64,000 nucleotides of DNA. It comes from Ruminiclostridium sp. (GTDB lineage: Bacteria > Bacillota > Clostridia > Oscillospirales > Oscillospiraceae). The position numbers and the translations under genes are program-made. Shown one piece after another: positions 18,350-28,818 of this stretch. How positions within the stretch are numbered: position 1 is the first letter of the stretch; each line of letters begins with the position of its first letter. Below the pieces are notes generated by a model, which had not been told where the DNA came from, ran no database searches, and was given only the letters and a program-made list of their open reading frames with translations. The stretch is taken from assembly GCA_017435425.1 (NCBI GenBank), contig JAFSFC010000009.1, forward strand, positions 10,050-74,049, given 5' to 3'.

Positions 18350-19639
18350 TCAATGTACACTTGCCGCTTTCTTCTTCTCCTCTGCGGCCATTCTCTTTGC
18401 GTTGGCCAGCATGAGCTTGATGCGGTTTTCCTGGTTGATCTTGGTGGCGCCGGGGTCGTAGTCCACGGAGACGATGTTGGACTCCGGGAAGTCGTCCTTC
18501 AGCACCCGGATCATGCCCTTGCCCACGATGTGGTTGGGCAGGCATCCGAAGGGCTGGGCGCAGACGATGTTGGGGGTGCCGGAGTGGATGAGCTCCAGCA
18601 TCTCGGCGGTGAGGAGCCAGCCCTCGCCCATCTTGCAGCCGTCGTTCAGGTAACCGCCCACCAGCTTGTGGAGCTCCTGGAAGGTGCCGGGGGCCCGGAA
18701 ACCGTTCTGTTCCAGGGCCTCGATCATGTCCAGCTGGCACTTTTCGATGTAGCCCATAAAGAACTTGCACACCGCCTGCTTGAACCAGCTGCCGCCGAAC
18801 ATATCCACGTCGGAGACCCGGTTGTAGATCTTGAAGATCATGAAGTCGGTGAGGCCGGGGACCACAGGCTCCACCCCCTCATCCAGCAGGAACTGTTCCA
18901 GCTGGTTGTTGCCCAGGGAGGAGAACTTGATGTAAATTTCGCCTACCACGCCCACACGGACCTTGGGCTCGCCCGCCACGGGGATGGTCTTGAAGTCGGC
19001 GGCGATCTCCTTCAGGATACCCTTCATCTTCTTCCGGGACATGCCGTCGCCCCGGTCGAACCGGGCCAGCAGCTCGTTCAGCCAGTACTCCACCTTGGCG
19101 GAGGTGTCCCCGGGGTTGACCTCATAGGGACGGGTCTGGTTGGCCACGTTCATGATGAGGTCGCCGTACATCATGCCGTAGATCATCTTCCGCAGCAGGG
19201 GGATGGTCAGTTGGAAGCCGGGGTTCTTTTCCAGGCCGAAGGACACGGAGATGACGGGGATGTATTCCATCCCGGCCTTTTCCAGGGCCTTGCGGAGCAT
19301 GTGGATGTAGTTGGAGGCACGGCAGCCGCCGCCGGTCTGGGTGATGAGCAGGGCCACCTTGTGGGGGTCATAGCCGGAGTTCTGCACCGCGTCGATGAGC
19401 TGGCCGATGACCAGCAGGGCGGGGTAGCAGGCGTCGTTGTGGACGTATTTCAGGCCGTTGTCGATGACGTTCCGGCTCTCGTTGGTGAGCATATCCACCT
19501 GGTAGCCAGACTCCCGCAGGAGCTTGGCGAAGAGGCCGAAGTGGATGGGGAGCATCTGGGGCATGAGAAGGGTGTATTCCTTCCGCATCTCCTCGGTGAA
19601 GAGGAGGCGTCCAGTGCTGTCATATTCCAGTTTTGCCAT
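18350..19639 (-). CDS. plsR: 2-hydroxyacyl-CoA dehydratase/reductase-like subunit, plasmalogen synthase PlsR-type
   Basis: VHNDACYPA, QTGGGCRASNY, KMGEGWLL, QPFGCLPNHIVGKG, DYDPGA and NQENRIKLM. 429 aa, directly behind a double-activase gene. Confidence 0.75.
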   Translation of the reverse strand: MAKLEYDSTGRLLFTEEMRKEYTLLMPQMLPIHFGLFAKLLRESGYQVDMLTNESRNVIDNGLKYVHNDACYPALLVIGQLIDAVQNSGYDPHKVALLITQTGGGCRASNYIHMLRKALEKAGMEYIPVISVSFGLEKNPGFQLTIPLLRKMIYGMMYGDLIMNVANQTRPYEVNPGDTSAKVEYWLNELLARFDRGDGMSRKKMKGILKEIAADFKTIPVAGEPKVRVGVVGEIYIKFSSLGNNQLEQFLLDEGVEPVVPGLTDFMIFKIYNRVSDVDMFGGSWFKQAVCKFFMGYIEKCQLDMIEALEQNGFRAPGTFQELHKLVGGYLNDGCKMGEGWLLTAEMLELIHSGTPNIVCAQPFGCLPNHIVGKGMIRVLKDDFPESNIVSVDYDPGATKINQENRIKLMLANAKRMAAEEKKKAASVH

Positions 19640-19640
19640 G

Positions 19641-22586
19641 TCAGCGTGCCTCCTCTCTCTGTCTGTCCCGGGCTTCCAGGGCGGCCATCAGGCTGCGGAT
19701 GCGGATCTTCACCGCGCCCAGGTTGGAAATGTCGTCGATCTTCAGCTGGGTGTACAGGTCGCCCCCCTCTTCCAGAATGGAGCGGAGCTCGTCGGTGGTG
19801 ATGGCGTCTACGCCGCAGCCGAAGGAGACCAGCTGGATGAAGGCCATGTCCTCCTGGGTGCAGACGTACCGGGCGGCGTTGTACATGCGGGCGTGATAGG
19901 TCCACTGGTTCAGCACCCGGCGGGGCTGTTTGTCCATGTGGTGGAAGACGGCGTCCTCGGTCACCAGCACGAAGCCGTAGGAGGTGATGAGGTCGTTGAT
20001 GCCGTGGTTGATCTCGGGGTCCATGTGGTAGGGCCGGCCGGCCACCACCAGGATCTTTTTCCCGTTGTCCCGGGCCCACTGGATGTACTCGGCCCCCTTA
20101 TCCTTCACCAGCTGGCGGAAGCCGTCGTAGGCGGCGTAGGCCTTGCGGATGGCGGAGACGGCCTCCCGCTTGGGGATGCCGAACTCACGGGCCAGGAGCT
20201 CTGCCCCCTTCTTTTCAAAGTCCTTAGGGCGGTGGACACCGATGTTGTCGTGGATGTACTTCACCCCGGACAGGGCAGGGATGTTGACGTTGAGCAGGTC
20301 GGGATAGTAGGCCACCACGGGGCAGTTGTAGTGGTTGTCTGCCAGACCTTCGTCGAAGTTGTAGGACATGCAGGGGTAGAAGATGGCGTCCACCCCTTCC
20401 TCCAGCAGGGCCATCACGTGGCCGTGGAGGAGCTTGGCGGGGTAGCAGACGGTGTCCGAGGGGATGGTCTGCTGACCCTTGATGTACAGAGCCCGGTTGG
20501 ACTCGGGGGAGAGGACCACCTCGAAGTTCAGGCTGGTGAAGAGCTCGAACCAGAAGGGGAGGTTTTCGTACATATTCAGGCCGAAGGGGATGCCGATGCG
20601 GCCCCGGGCGCCGGTGCCCTTGCCCTTGCCGTTCAGGGACCGCAGATGGTCGTACTTGAACTTCAGCAGGTCGGGGATGTCCGCCTTGGGCTGGCCCAGA
20701 GGGACGGAGCAGCGGTTGCCGGAGATGAACCGGCGGCCCCCGTCGAACTTGTTGATGGTCAGGGAGCAGCGGTTGGTGCAGCCCTTGCAGGTGGAGGGAC
20801 GGGCCTCGTGGGTGAAGCTGGCCAGGGCCTCGGCAGGCAGCAGGCTGGACTTGTCCAGACCGGCCTCCTTGGCGGCCAGGGCTGCGCCGTAGGCGCCCAT
20901 CATGCCGGAGATGGTGGGGCGGGTGACCTCCCGGCCGATCTCCTGCTCGAAGGAGCGGAGGACGGCGTCGTTGAGGAAGGTGCCGCCCTGGACCACGATG
21001 TGCTTGCCCAGGTCGTCGGCGCTGGCGGCACGGATGACCTTGTAGATGGCGTTCTTCACCACGGAGATGGACAGACCGGCGGAGATGTCCTCCACAGAGG
21101 CGCCGTCCTTCTGGGCCTGCTTCACGGAGGAGTTCATAAAGACCGTGCAGCGGGAGCCCAGGTTCACGGGGTGCTGGGCAAAAAGGCCCATCTTGGAGAA
21201 ATCTGCGATGTTCTGGCCCAGGGCCTTGGCGAAGGTCTCGATGAAAGAGCCGCAGCCGGAGGAGCAGGCTTCGTTCAGGAGGATGGAGTCCACGGCGCCG
21301 TTTCGGATCTTGAAGCACTTCATGTCCTGGCCGCCGATGTCGATGATGAAGTCCACGTCGGGGGAGAAGTGGCGGGCGGCGTTCAGGTGGGCTACAGTCT
21401 CCACCAGGCCCAGATCGCAGGAAAAGGCGTTCTTGATGAGGTCCTCGCCGTAGCCGGTGACGGCGGCCCCCTTGATGGTCACCCGGTCGCCGCACTGCTT
21501 GTAGATCTCCTGGAGCTGGGGCAGGACGATGCCCACGGGGTTGCCCAGGTTGGAGTGGTAGAAGGAGTAAAGGATGTTGCAGTCCGGGTCGATGAGCACC
21601 ATCTTGGTGGTGGTGGAGCCTGCGTCGATGCCTAAGTAAGCATCCCCGGAATAGGTGGACAGATCCACCGTGGGGACGGTCATGGAGGCGTGACGGGCGG
21701 AGAAGGCCTCGTAATCAGCCGGGTCGGTGAAGAGGGGGGGCATGGTGTCCACAGGGGTGCCGCTCTCAGCGGCGTGCTCCAGCTTCTCCAGCAGAGCCTC
21801 GAAGGGCTGGGCGGCGTTGTCCTCGGTGCACAGGGCTGCACCGATGGCGGCGAAGCAGTCGCCGTCCTGGGGGAAGATGGCGTGGTCGCTGTCCAGCTTC
21901 AGGGTCTCCACGAAGCGCTCCCGCAGGCCCATGAGGAAGGTGAGGGGACCGCCCAGGAAGACGATCTTCCCCTTGAGCTCACGGCCCTGGGTGAGGCCTG
22001 CCACGGTCTGGTCGACGACCGCCTGGAAGATGGAGGCCGCCACGTCCTCCTTCCGGCCGCCCTGGTTCAGGATGGGCTGGATGTCGCTCTTGGCGAAGAC
22101 GCCGCAGCGGGAGGCAATGGGGTAGATCTTCTCGTGCTGCAGGGAGAGGGCGTCCAGCTCGTTCACGGTCACGTTCAGCAGGGTGGCCATCTGGTCGATG
22201 AAGGCACCGGTGCCGCCGGCGCAGGAGCCGTTCATGCGCTCCTCGATGGAGCCGCCGAAGAAGATGATCTTGGCGTCCTCGCCCCCCAGCTCGATGACCG
22301 CATCGGTGCCGGGGACAAAGGCCCGGACGGCGGCAGCGGTGGCGTAGACCTCCTGGACGAAGTCCAGGCCGGAGGCCTTGGCCACGCCCAGACCGGCAGA
22401 GCCGGTGATGAGGAGCTGGACCTCCTGGCCGGAGAGCATGTCGGTCAGCTGGCGGAGGGTCTCGCAGGTCCGCTCTCTGGCCTTGGAGTAATGGCGTTCA
22501 TAGGAGCGGAAGAGTAGTTTATTGGTTTCATCCAGCACCACCACCTTGACGGTGGTGGAGCCGATGTCGATACCGATTCTAAGCAT
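19641..22586 (-). CDS. plsA: Double ATP-dependent activase plus DUF2229 protein, plasmalogen synthase PlsA-type
   Basis: Two ASKHA activase modules (GIDIGSTT..ELGGEDAK..NGSCAGGTG; GIDAGSTT..DIGGQDMK..NEACSSGCG), then SDTVCYPAK, YNCPVV and SFGCGVD. About 981 aa. Confidence 0.78.
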   Translation of the reverse strand: MLRIGIDIGSTTVKVVVLDETNKLLFRSYERHYSKARERTCETLRQLTDMLSGQEVQLLITGSAGLGVAKASGLDFVQEVYATAAAVRAFVPGTDAVIELGGEDAKIIFFGGSIEERMNGSCAGGTGAFIDQMATLLNVTVNELDALSLQHEKIYPIASRCGVFAKSDIQPILNQGGRKEDVAASIFQAVVDQTVAGLTQGRELKGKIVFLGGPLTFLMGLRERFVETLKLDSDHAIFPQDGDCFAAIGAALCTEDNAAQPFEALLEKLEHAAESGTPVDTMPPLFTDPADYEAFSARHASMTVPTVDLSTYSGDAYLGIDAGSTTTKMVLIDPDCNILYSFYHSNLGNPVGIVLPQLQEIYKQCGDRVTIKGAAVTGYGEDLIKNAFSCDLGLVETVAHLNAARHFSPDVDFIIDIGGQDMKCFKIRNGAVDSILLNEACSSGCGSFIETFAKALGQNIADFSKMGLFAQHPVNLGSRCTVFMNSSVKQAQKDGASVEDISAGLSISVVKNAIYKVIRAASADDLGKHIVVQGGTFLNDAVLRSFEQEIGREVTRPTISGMMGAYGAALAAKEAGLDKSSLLPAEALASFTHEARPSTCKGCTNRCSLTINKFDGGRRFISGNRCSVPLGQPKADIPDLLKFKYDHLRSLNGKGKGTGARGRIGIPFGLNMYENLPFWFELFTSLNFEVVLSPESNRALYIKGQQTIPSDTVCYPAKLLHGHVMALLEEGVDAIFYPCMSYNFDEGLADNHYNCPVVAYYPDLLNVNIPALSGVKYIHDNIGVHRPKDFEKKGAELLAREFGIPKREAVSAIRKAYAAYDGFRQLVKDKGAEYIQWARDNGKKILVVAGRPYHMDPEINHGINDLITSYGFVLVTEDAVFHHMDKQPRRVLNQWTYHARMYNAARYVCTQEDMAFIQLVSFGCGVDAITTDELRSILEEGGDLYTQLKIDDISNLGAVKIRIRSLMAALEARDRQREEAR

Positions 22587-22748
22587 ATCTATCACCTCGA
22601 TAGGGTAGGGTTCCTATTAAAATATAAATAAAACTTATCATCATATTATAACTGAGATTTTTGGGAAAAACAATAGTAAACTTTGGGAGTCCCTGGAAGA
22701 ATAGTGTACAATATCCAGAGATTTGTCTAAAAACCGTATCTGTGGACC

Positions 22749-25040
22749 TCACAGTTTTGCACAGCTGGGGTCTCTGGCTGCCACTGCCAGCCTTCCCTTG
22801 CCTTCTGCTACGGTCAGCACACGCCCGGGGGAGAGATCTCCCTGCAGGAGGAGTTCGGCGGCAGGGTTTTCCACCTGGTTCCGGATGAGCCGCCGCAGGG
22901 GCCGTGCCCCGTACCGGGGGTCCCGTCCCTCCCGGGCCAGCCAGGTAAGGGCGCCCTGGGAGACCTGCAGGTCCACCCCCTTCTCTGTCAGCCGTTCCCC
23001 CAGCCGGTCCAGGAGCTTTTTGGCGATGACGGTCATCTCCTCCTCCCCCAGGGGGTGGAAGAGGATGGTCTCGTCCAGCCGATTCAGGAATTCCGGGCGG
23101 AATACCTGGCGGAGCTCCCGCTGCAAGGCGGCCTCGGTGGCCTGCTGTCCTTCTCCGCCGGTGAAGCCCAGAGGGGTCCCGGCAGAGAGCCTTTCGCCCC
23201 CTACGTTGGAGGTCATAATGAGGACGGTGTTTCGAAAATCTGTCCGTTTTCCTTGGGAATCTGTCAGAATGCCGTCCTCCATGATCTGGAGGAGGAGCCC
23301 CCACACCTCGGGGTGGGCCTTCTCCAGTTCATCAAACAGGAGGACTGCGTAAGGCCGCTGGCGGACGGCTTCGGTGAGCTGCCCGCCCTCCTCGTGGCCC
23401 ACATAGCCGGGCGGGGACCCGGTAAGCCGGGAGGCGGTATGCTTTTCGTTGAACTCGGTCATATCGAACCGGAGGAGGGCCTCCTCTGTTCCGAAGAGGA
23501 ACCGGGCCAGAGCCTTGGCCAGCTCGGTCTTGCCCACCCCGGTGGGGCCCAGGAAGAGGAAGGACCCCACCGGCCGCCCCGGTTCCTTCAAGCCGGCCCG
23601 GCTTCGGCGGATGGCCTGGGCCACTGCCTTCACCGCCTGGGTCTGCCCGGCTACCTCCCGGGAAAGGGCCTCTTCCAGGGTCAGGAGCCGCCGGCTCTCC
23701 GCCCGGGTCAGGTCGGCAAGGGGAATGCCCGTCCACTGGCTGACCACGGCGGCTACCTCCTGCCGGTCCACTGCCGGAGGGGCTTCCTGCCAGGTCCTGT
23801 CCCCGGTCTCCCAGGTCATCCTGGCCTGAGAGGCCGCCTCATCCAGCAGGTCGATGGCCTTGTCCGGCAGACGCCGGTCGGCCAGATACCGCACCGACAG
23901 AGCCACCGCCGCCTCCATGGCCCGGTGGGTGAAGGCTACCCCGTGGTGGTGGCTGTATCGGGGCGCCAGACTTTCCAGAATGGTCAGGGCCTGTTCTGCC
24001 GAGGGTTCGGCCACCTGGACGGGCTGGAACCGCCGCTCCAGGGCGGCGTCCTTGCGGATGACCCGGCGGTACTCCTCCTGGGTGGTGGCCCCGATGAGAT
24101 GGAGCTGCCCCCGGGCCAGGGCGGGCTTGAGCAGGTTGGCGGCATCGATGGCCCCCTCGGCGCTCCCTGCCCCGATGACCGTATGGAGCTCGTCCAGAAA
24201 GAGAATGACGTTCCCCGCCCGGTGGACCTCATTGAGTATGTTTTTCATCCGCTCCTCAAACTCCCCCCGGTACTTGGTTCCGGCCACCACCGAGGGCAGG
24301 TCCAGGGCCAGGAGCCGCTTGGACCGGAGCTGGTCGGGGACCTGTCCGGCGGCCATTTTCTGGGCCAGCCCCTCGACCACGGCGGTCTTGCCCACCCCCG
24401 GCTCTCCCAGGAGAAGGGGGTTGTTCTTGGACCGGCGGATGAGGATCTGGATGACCCGGCGGATCTCTTCCTCCCGGCCGGTGACCGGGTCATACTCCCC
24501 CCGGTTGGCCAGGCCCACCATGTCCCGGGTGTGCTGGTCCAGCAGCCGGGTGGCCGGGGTAGAGGGGGGCGGCGTGTAGGTCTCGTTTTTGCGGGAGAAT
24601 CCGCTGCGCTCCCCGCCGAAGGAGGCCAGGACCTCCCGGCGGAGGTCCCGGGGCTCGCGGCCTGCCTGGGTGAGCAGCCGGGCGGCCCCGCCCTCTTGGT
24701 TCAGGAGGGCCAGCAGCAGGTGCCGGGACCCTACCTGGCGGTGGCCCAAGGCCCGGCTCTGGGCCACGGCATCCTTTAGTACCCGGTCCAGCTGGGGGGT
24801 GAGGGACCGGGCCAGGGGCAGGGGAGCCCCCTGGCCTGTCTGCCGGGTGAGGGCCTCCCGCAGGGCCCGGAGGGTGAGCCCCTGGGCCTTGAGCAGAGGA
24901 CAGGCATGACAGCGGGGGTGATGCAGGAGCCCCAGAAGAAGATGTTCGCTCCCCACGGCGGTGTGGCCCAGGCTCTGAGAGAAGGCCCCGGCAGAGGCCA
25001 GGACGGCCCTGGCCTGGGGGGTGAAGGTCACGGTCTGGAT
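22749..25040 (-). CDS. ATP-dependent Clp protease ATPase (ClpC/ClpA-like, two AAA+ modules, no evident middle domain)
   Basis: Clp N-repeats ([22 protein letters not shown]), [32 protein letters not shown] and an LGF ClpP loop. Start uncertain (ATC 25040 or GTG 25031). Confidence 0.9.
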   Translation of the reverse strand: MQTVTFTPQARAVLASAGAFSQSLGHTAVGSEHLLLGLLHHPRCHACPLLKAQGLTLRALREALTRQTGQGAPLPLARSLTPQLDRVLKDAVAQSRALGHRQVGSRHLLLALLNQEGGAARLLTQAGREPRDLRREVLASFGGERSGFSRKNETYTPPPSTPATRLLDQHTRDMVGLANRGEYDPVTGREEEIRRVIQILIRRSKNNPLLLGEPGVGKTAVVEGLAQKMAAGQVPDQLRSKRLLALDLPSVVAGTKYRGEFEERMKNILNEVHRAGNVILFLDELHTVIGAGSAEGAIDAANLLKPALARGQLHLIGATTQEEYRRVIRKDAALERRFQPVQVAEPSAEQALTILESLAPRYSHHHGVAFTHRAMEAAVALSVRYLADRRLPDKAIDLLDEAASQARMTWETGDRTWQEAPPAVDRQEVAAVVSQWTGIPLADLTRAESRRLLTLEEALSREVAGQTQAVKAVAQAIRRSRAGLKEPGRPVGSFLFLGPTGVGKTELAKALARFLFGTEEALLRFDMTEFNEKHTASRLTGSPPGYVGHEEGGQLTEAVRQRPYAVLLFDELEKAHPEVWGLLLQIMEDGILTDSQGKRTDFRNTVLIMTSNVGGERLSAGTPLGFTGGEGQQATEAALQRELRQVFRPEFLNRLDETILFHPLGEEEMTVIAKKLLDRLGERLTEKGVDLQVSQGALTWLAREGRDPRYGARPLRRLIRNQVENPAAELLLQGDLSPGRVLTVAEGKGRLAVAARDPSCAKL

Positions 25041-25454
25041 GGGGATCCCTCCTCTCTGGGTGCCTGCCGGGGCTGGGAAAGGGGGATGACGGATTTCATG
25101 CGGTTTTCGTGGGTAATTGTGGAGGGCGCGCCCTCCAGGCCGGGGGTAACGCTGCCCGGGACAGGCCGGGGCTGGTTGGAGTTTTCCATGGCTGCTGACC
25201 ACCTTTCTGGGGTAAATGACCACAATATCTGGGGAATTTTGACTTGTCTTGTCTGCTATTTGGTTGTCGTTCGCTAACTGGCGGCTTTCGCCGGTGAACC
25301 CGTCCGATTGGATCATTGCTACAAGATTCTGTGAAAGTATTCCCAAAAACTGTGAAGATATCCGAAAAAAATTGTGATTTAGGAATTGCATTTTTGAAAA
25401 GATGTGGTACAATCATATGTGCCAAGAAAAATTTATTATTGGAGGTACCTACCC

Positions 25455-25646
25455 ATGGCATATGCAATTAACGCTGAACTGTGCACCTTCTGCAAGAAGT
25501 GCATCGACGAGTGCCCCACCGGCGCTATCGTCGAAGGCACCGTCGACGGCAAGGAAGTCTGCATCGTCACTTCCGAGTGCATCGACTGCGGCGGCTGCGA
25601 AGACGCTTGCGAGACCGATCCCAAGGCTCTGGGCTTCGTCGACTAA
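25455..25646 (+). CDS. 2[4Fe-4S] ferredoxin
   Basis: CTFCKKCIDECP and CIDCGGCEDAC motifs, GGAGGT RBS, terminator at ~25679-25717. Confidence 0.92.
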   Translation: MAYAINAELCTFCKKCIDECPTGAIVEGTVDGKEVCIVTSECIDCGGCEDACETDPKALGFVD

Positions 25647-25754
25647 TTATTTAGTTCAGCGACCCTAACAGGGAAACAAGAAAGAGTGTGCTGTGATATC
25701 CAGCACACTCTTTTTTTGTTTTCTGGGGGTGTGTGACCTTCGCCACGCTGACAG

Positions 25755-25990
25755 GGCGCCTCCGGCTGGCGCGCGGGTACGTCCGTCAAGACCCTGCGCC
25801 GATGCGTGCCCAGCTGGTGGGCACGCTGTCACCAACCTGGGACAAAAGGCCGCAGGCCAGGGTGTTCCAACGTTGGGACTAACAAGTATGTACCAACCTC
25901 AACCGGGTCCAGGGCAGAGCCCTGGTGCTCTTTCTCCCGGCTTTCTCCAGAGAAAGCCGGGCCCCGCCGGAGGCGTTTTCCAACGTGGCA
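25755..25990 (+). repeat. Intergenic multi-hairpin repeat family C, copy 2
   Basis: Same modules and order as 6045-6290. Confidence 0.85.
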
Positions 25991-26135
25991 GGGTTTCTCC
26001 AACCTTCCAAGCAAAAAAGTCTCTTTTGGTTGAGTTTTTATATTAGATGTGGTATAATCCTTAAAATGCGTTTGTATGCTCTTTTGGGGGCCAGCCCCCA
26101 AATCGACTCACCCCTTGAAAGGAGGTCCTTTCGAT

Positions 26136-27188
26136 ATGAAAATCGTTGTCCTGGCCGGCGGCCTCAGCCCGGAGCGGAACGTCTCCCTCTCCTCGGGCAC
26201 CATGATCACGGAAGCCCTGCGCTCCCTGGGCCACCGGGCAGCTCTCGTAGATATGTATTTTGGTCTGGAGGACTACACCGGTCCTCTGGAGGACTTTTTC
26301 GACCAGCCCGTGTCCGAGGCCGGAAAGAAGGTGGACCGGGCCGAGCCCGACCTGGAAGCCATCCGGAAGGCCCGGAAGTGGCAGTCCCCCAGCCTCTTCG
26401 GCAAGAATGTCATTGAACTCTGCCAGATGGCGGATATCGTCTTTCTGGGGCTCCACGGGGCCTGCGGTGAGGACGGCCGGGTCCAGGCCGCTTTCGACGT
26501 GCTGGGCATCCCCTACACCGGGGCCGGGTCCCTGGCCTCGGGTATCGCCATGGACAAGGACCTGACCAAGCGCCTCATTGCCGGTCTGGGTGTGGAGACC
26601 CCCAAGTGGGTCCGCACCGACTACACCGAAAAGGATGTGGACCGGCTCACCAGCACCACCCCCGTCCCCTGTGTAATCAAGCCTGTGGACAGCGGCTCCT
26701 CCATCGGCGTGGCCATCGCCCACACCAAGAAGGAGCTCCACGCTGCCCTGCTGGAGGGCCTGAAGTTCGGCGGACGGTGCGTCCTGGAGCAGTACGTCTC
26801 CGGCCGGGAGATCCAGGTGGGCATCCTGGGTGACACTGCCCTGCCCTCCATCGAGATCATCCCCAAAGAGGGCTTTTACGACTACGCCAACAAGTACCAG
26901 CCCGGCGCCGCTGAAGAAATTTGCCCCTCTCCCATCCCCGAAGCCTGGGAGAAGAGACTGGAGCAGGATGCCCTCACGGTCTACCATGCCCTGGGTCTGG
27001 AGGTCTATTCCCGGGCTGACTTCATCGTGGACGAGGCCGGGACCCCCTGGTTCCTGGAGATCAACACCCTCCCCGGCATGACCCCCACCAGTCTGGTTCC
27101 CCAGGAGGCCGCCGCCGTGGGCATCGGCTACGGGGAACTCTGTCAGAAGATCATCGACCTGTCTCTGCAGGCCAGAAATAAAAACTAA
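26136..27188 (+). CDS. ddl: D-alanine--D-alanine ligase
   Basis: GG.SPERNVSLSSG, LHGACGEDG, KPVDSGSSIG, YDYANKY and EINTLPGMT. Confidence 0.95.
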   Translation: MKIVVLAGGLSPERNVSLSSGTMITEALRSLGHRAALVDMYFGLEDYTGPLEDFFDQPVSEAGKKVDRAEPDLEAIRKARKWQSPSLFGKNVIELCQMADIVFLGLHGACGEDGRVQAAFDVLGIPYTGAGSLASGIAMDKDLTKRLIAGLGVETPKWVRTDYTEKDVDRLTSTTPVPCVIKPVDSGSSIGVAIAHTKKELHAALLEGLKFGGRCVLEQYVSGREIQVGILGDTALPSIEIIPKEGFYDYANKYQPGAAEEICPSPIPEAWEKRLEQDALTVYHALGLEVYSRADFIVDEAGTPWFLEINTLPGMTPTSLVPQEAAAVGIGYGELCQKIIDLSLQARNKN

Positions 27189-27204
27189 CAAACGGAGAAA
27201 CGTT

Positions 27205-28602
27205 ATGGAACCTATGCGAGTACGGGAGCTTCTCGCCGCCACCGGCGGGACCCTCTTGGGAAACCCTGACAATCAGGACCTGGAGGCGGTCATCACCGCC
27301 GTGGAGACCGACAGCCGTGCCGCCCATGATGGGGCCCTCTTTGTGGCCCTCCGGGGTGAGCAGACCGACGGCCACCGGTACATCTCCTCTGCCATGGCCA
27401 ACGGCGCAGCCGGCTGCCTGGTGGAGGATGTCCCCGAGGAATTCCTCCCCGGCAAGTTCTACATCCAGGTCCCCAGCACCCTGGAGGCCGTGGGCCATGT
27501 GGCCAAGGCCTACAAGGAGAAGTTCAAGATCCCTGTGATCGGCGTCACCGGCAGCGTGGGCAAGACCACCACCAAGGACATGATCGCCGCTGTTCTGGGC
27601 CGGAAGTTCCGGGTCCTGAAGACCGAGGGCAACTTCAACAACGAGCTGGGCCTGCCTCTGACCCTCTTCCGCCTGACCCCCAAGGACGAGATCTGCGTGC
27701 TGGAAATGGGCATGAGCGCCCTGGGGGAGATCGACTACCTCACCAGGATCGTGGTCCCCGATGTGGCGGTCATCACCAACATCGGCGATGCCCACATCGA
27801 GAACCTGGGCAGCCGGGAGAACATCCTCAAGGCCAAGTGTGAGATCTTCAACTATATGTCCTCTGCCGGCCTGGCTGTCCTCAGCGGGGACGATGCCATG
27901 CTCCGGGGCCTGGACGGCCAGGTCACCCCCAAGACCGTCCTCTGCGGCGCCGTGGGCCAGCCCCCCTACCAGGCCAGCAACATCAGCCAGCTGGGGGCCA
28001 GGGGCATGGAGTGCACCGTGAAGACCCCCAAGACGGAGTTCACCGTCACCGTGCCCGCCCTGGGCAACCACATGATCTATCCCGTCCTCATGGCCTGCGC
28101 CATCGGCGAGTGGTTCGGCCTCACCGGGGAAGAACTGGCCGAGGGCATCCGGGCTTTTGTCCCCACCAAGATGCGGATGAACGTGGTCCGCAAGGGGGAG
28201 GTCACCATCCTGGACGACGCCTACAACGCCAATCCCCAGTCCATGCGGGCTGCGCTGGAGGTCCTGTCCCAGAGCGGCGGCGACCGGCGGGTGGCCATCC
28301 TGGGCGACATGTTCGAGCTGGGCGTGCTGGGCCCTGAGCTCCACCGTGGGGTGGGCGAGTTCGCCGGTACCGTGGGCAACATCGATGCCCTTCTGGCCGT
28401 GGGCGACCTGGCCTGGAACCTGTACGATGCCGCCTGCCAGTCCAGCATTCCCGACGTGATCTACGCCGAGGACAAGGAGGAGGCCAAGAAGTACCTGCCC
28501 GACCTGGTCAAGCCCGGCACGGTCATCCTGGCCAAGGCCTCCCGAGGCATGCACTTTGAGGAGCTGGTCCTTGAGGTCAAGCGGTTAGCACCTAACGAAT
28601 AA
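27205..28602 (+). CDS. murF: UDP-N-acetylmuramoyl-tripeptide--D-alanyl-D-alanine ligase
   Basis: TDSR, GSVGKTTTK, GNFNNELG, EMGM, DDAYNANP, LGDMFELG and KASRG. Confidence 0.96.
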   Translation: MEPMRVRELLAATGGTLLGNPDNQDLEAVITAVETDSRAAHDGALFVALRGEQTDGHRYISSAMANGAAGCLVEDVPEEFLPGKFYIQVPSTLEAVGHVAKAYKEKFKIPVIGVTGSVGKTTTKDMIAAVLGRKFRVLKTEGNFNNELGLPLTLFRLTPKDEICVLEMGMSALGEIDYLTRIVVPDVAVITNIGDAHIENLGSRENILKAKCEIFNYMSSAGLAVLSGDDAMLRGLDGQVTPKTVLCGAVGQPPYQASNISQLGARGMECTVKTPKTEFTVTVPALGNHMIYPVLMACAIGEWFGLTGEELAEGIRAFVPTKMRMNVVRKGEVTILDDAYNANPQSMRAALEVLSQSGGDRRVAILGDMFELGVLGPELHRGVGEFAGTVGNIDALLAVGDLAWNLYDAACQSSIPDVIYAEDKEEAKKYLPDLVKPGTVILAKASRGMHFEELVLEVKRLAPNE

Positions 28603-28622
28603 ATAGTGCTGTACTGCGAGGT

Positions 28623-28752
28623 TACAACCCCTCCGACTCGCCTGACGGCGAGCCACCTCCCCTTACACAGGGGAGGCAGAGGCGAGTGCGAAACCTCAGG
28701 CTCCCTTGTGTAAAGGGAGCTGGCACGGCGAAGCCGTGACTGAGGGATTGTA
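28623..28752. repeat. Intergenic palindromic repeat family M, copy 2
   Basis: tacaacccctccgac...ttacacagggg...ccttgtgtaaaggg...gagggattgta. Confidence 0.85.
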
Positions 28753-28818
28753 GCCTGCCGATTCCAACCAACGTACAAAAAAGCGCCCGCCAAGGGCGGG
28801 CGCTTTTCAGCGAAAGAA

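Noticed and set aside
25230-25450. Switch from mostly minus-strand to mostly plus-strand genes, suggestive of oriC
   Set aside because: No dnaA/dnaN and no DnaA-box cluster; exceptions exist on both sides. A GC-skew analysis on the whole genome would be needed.
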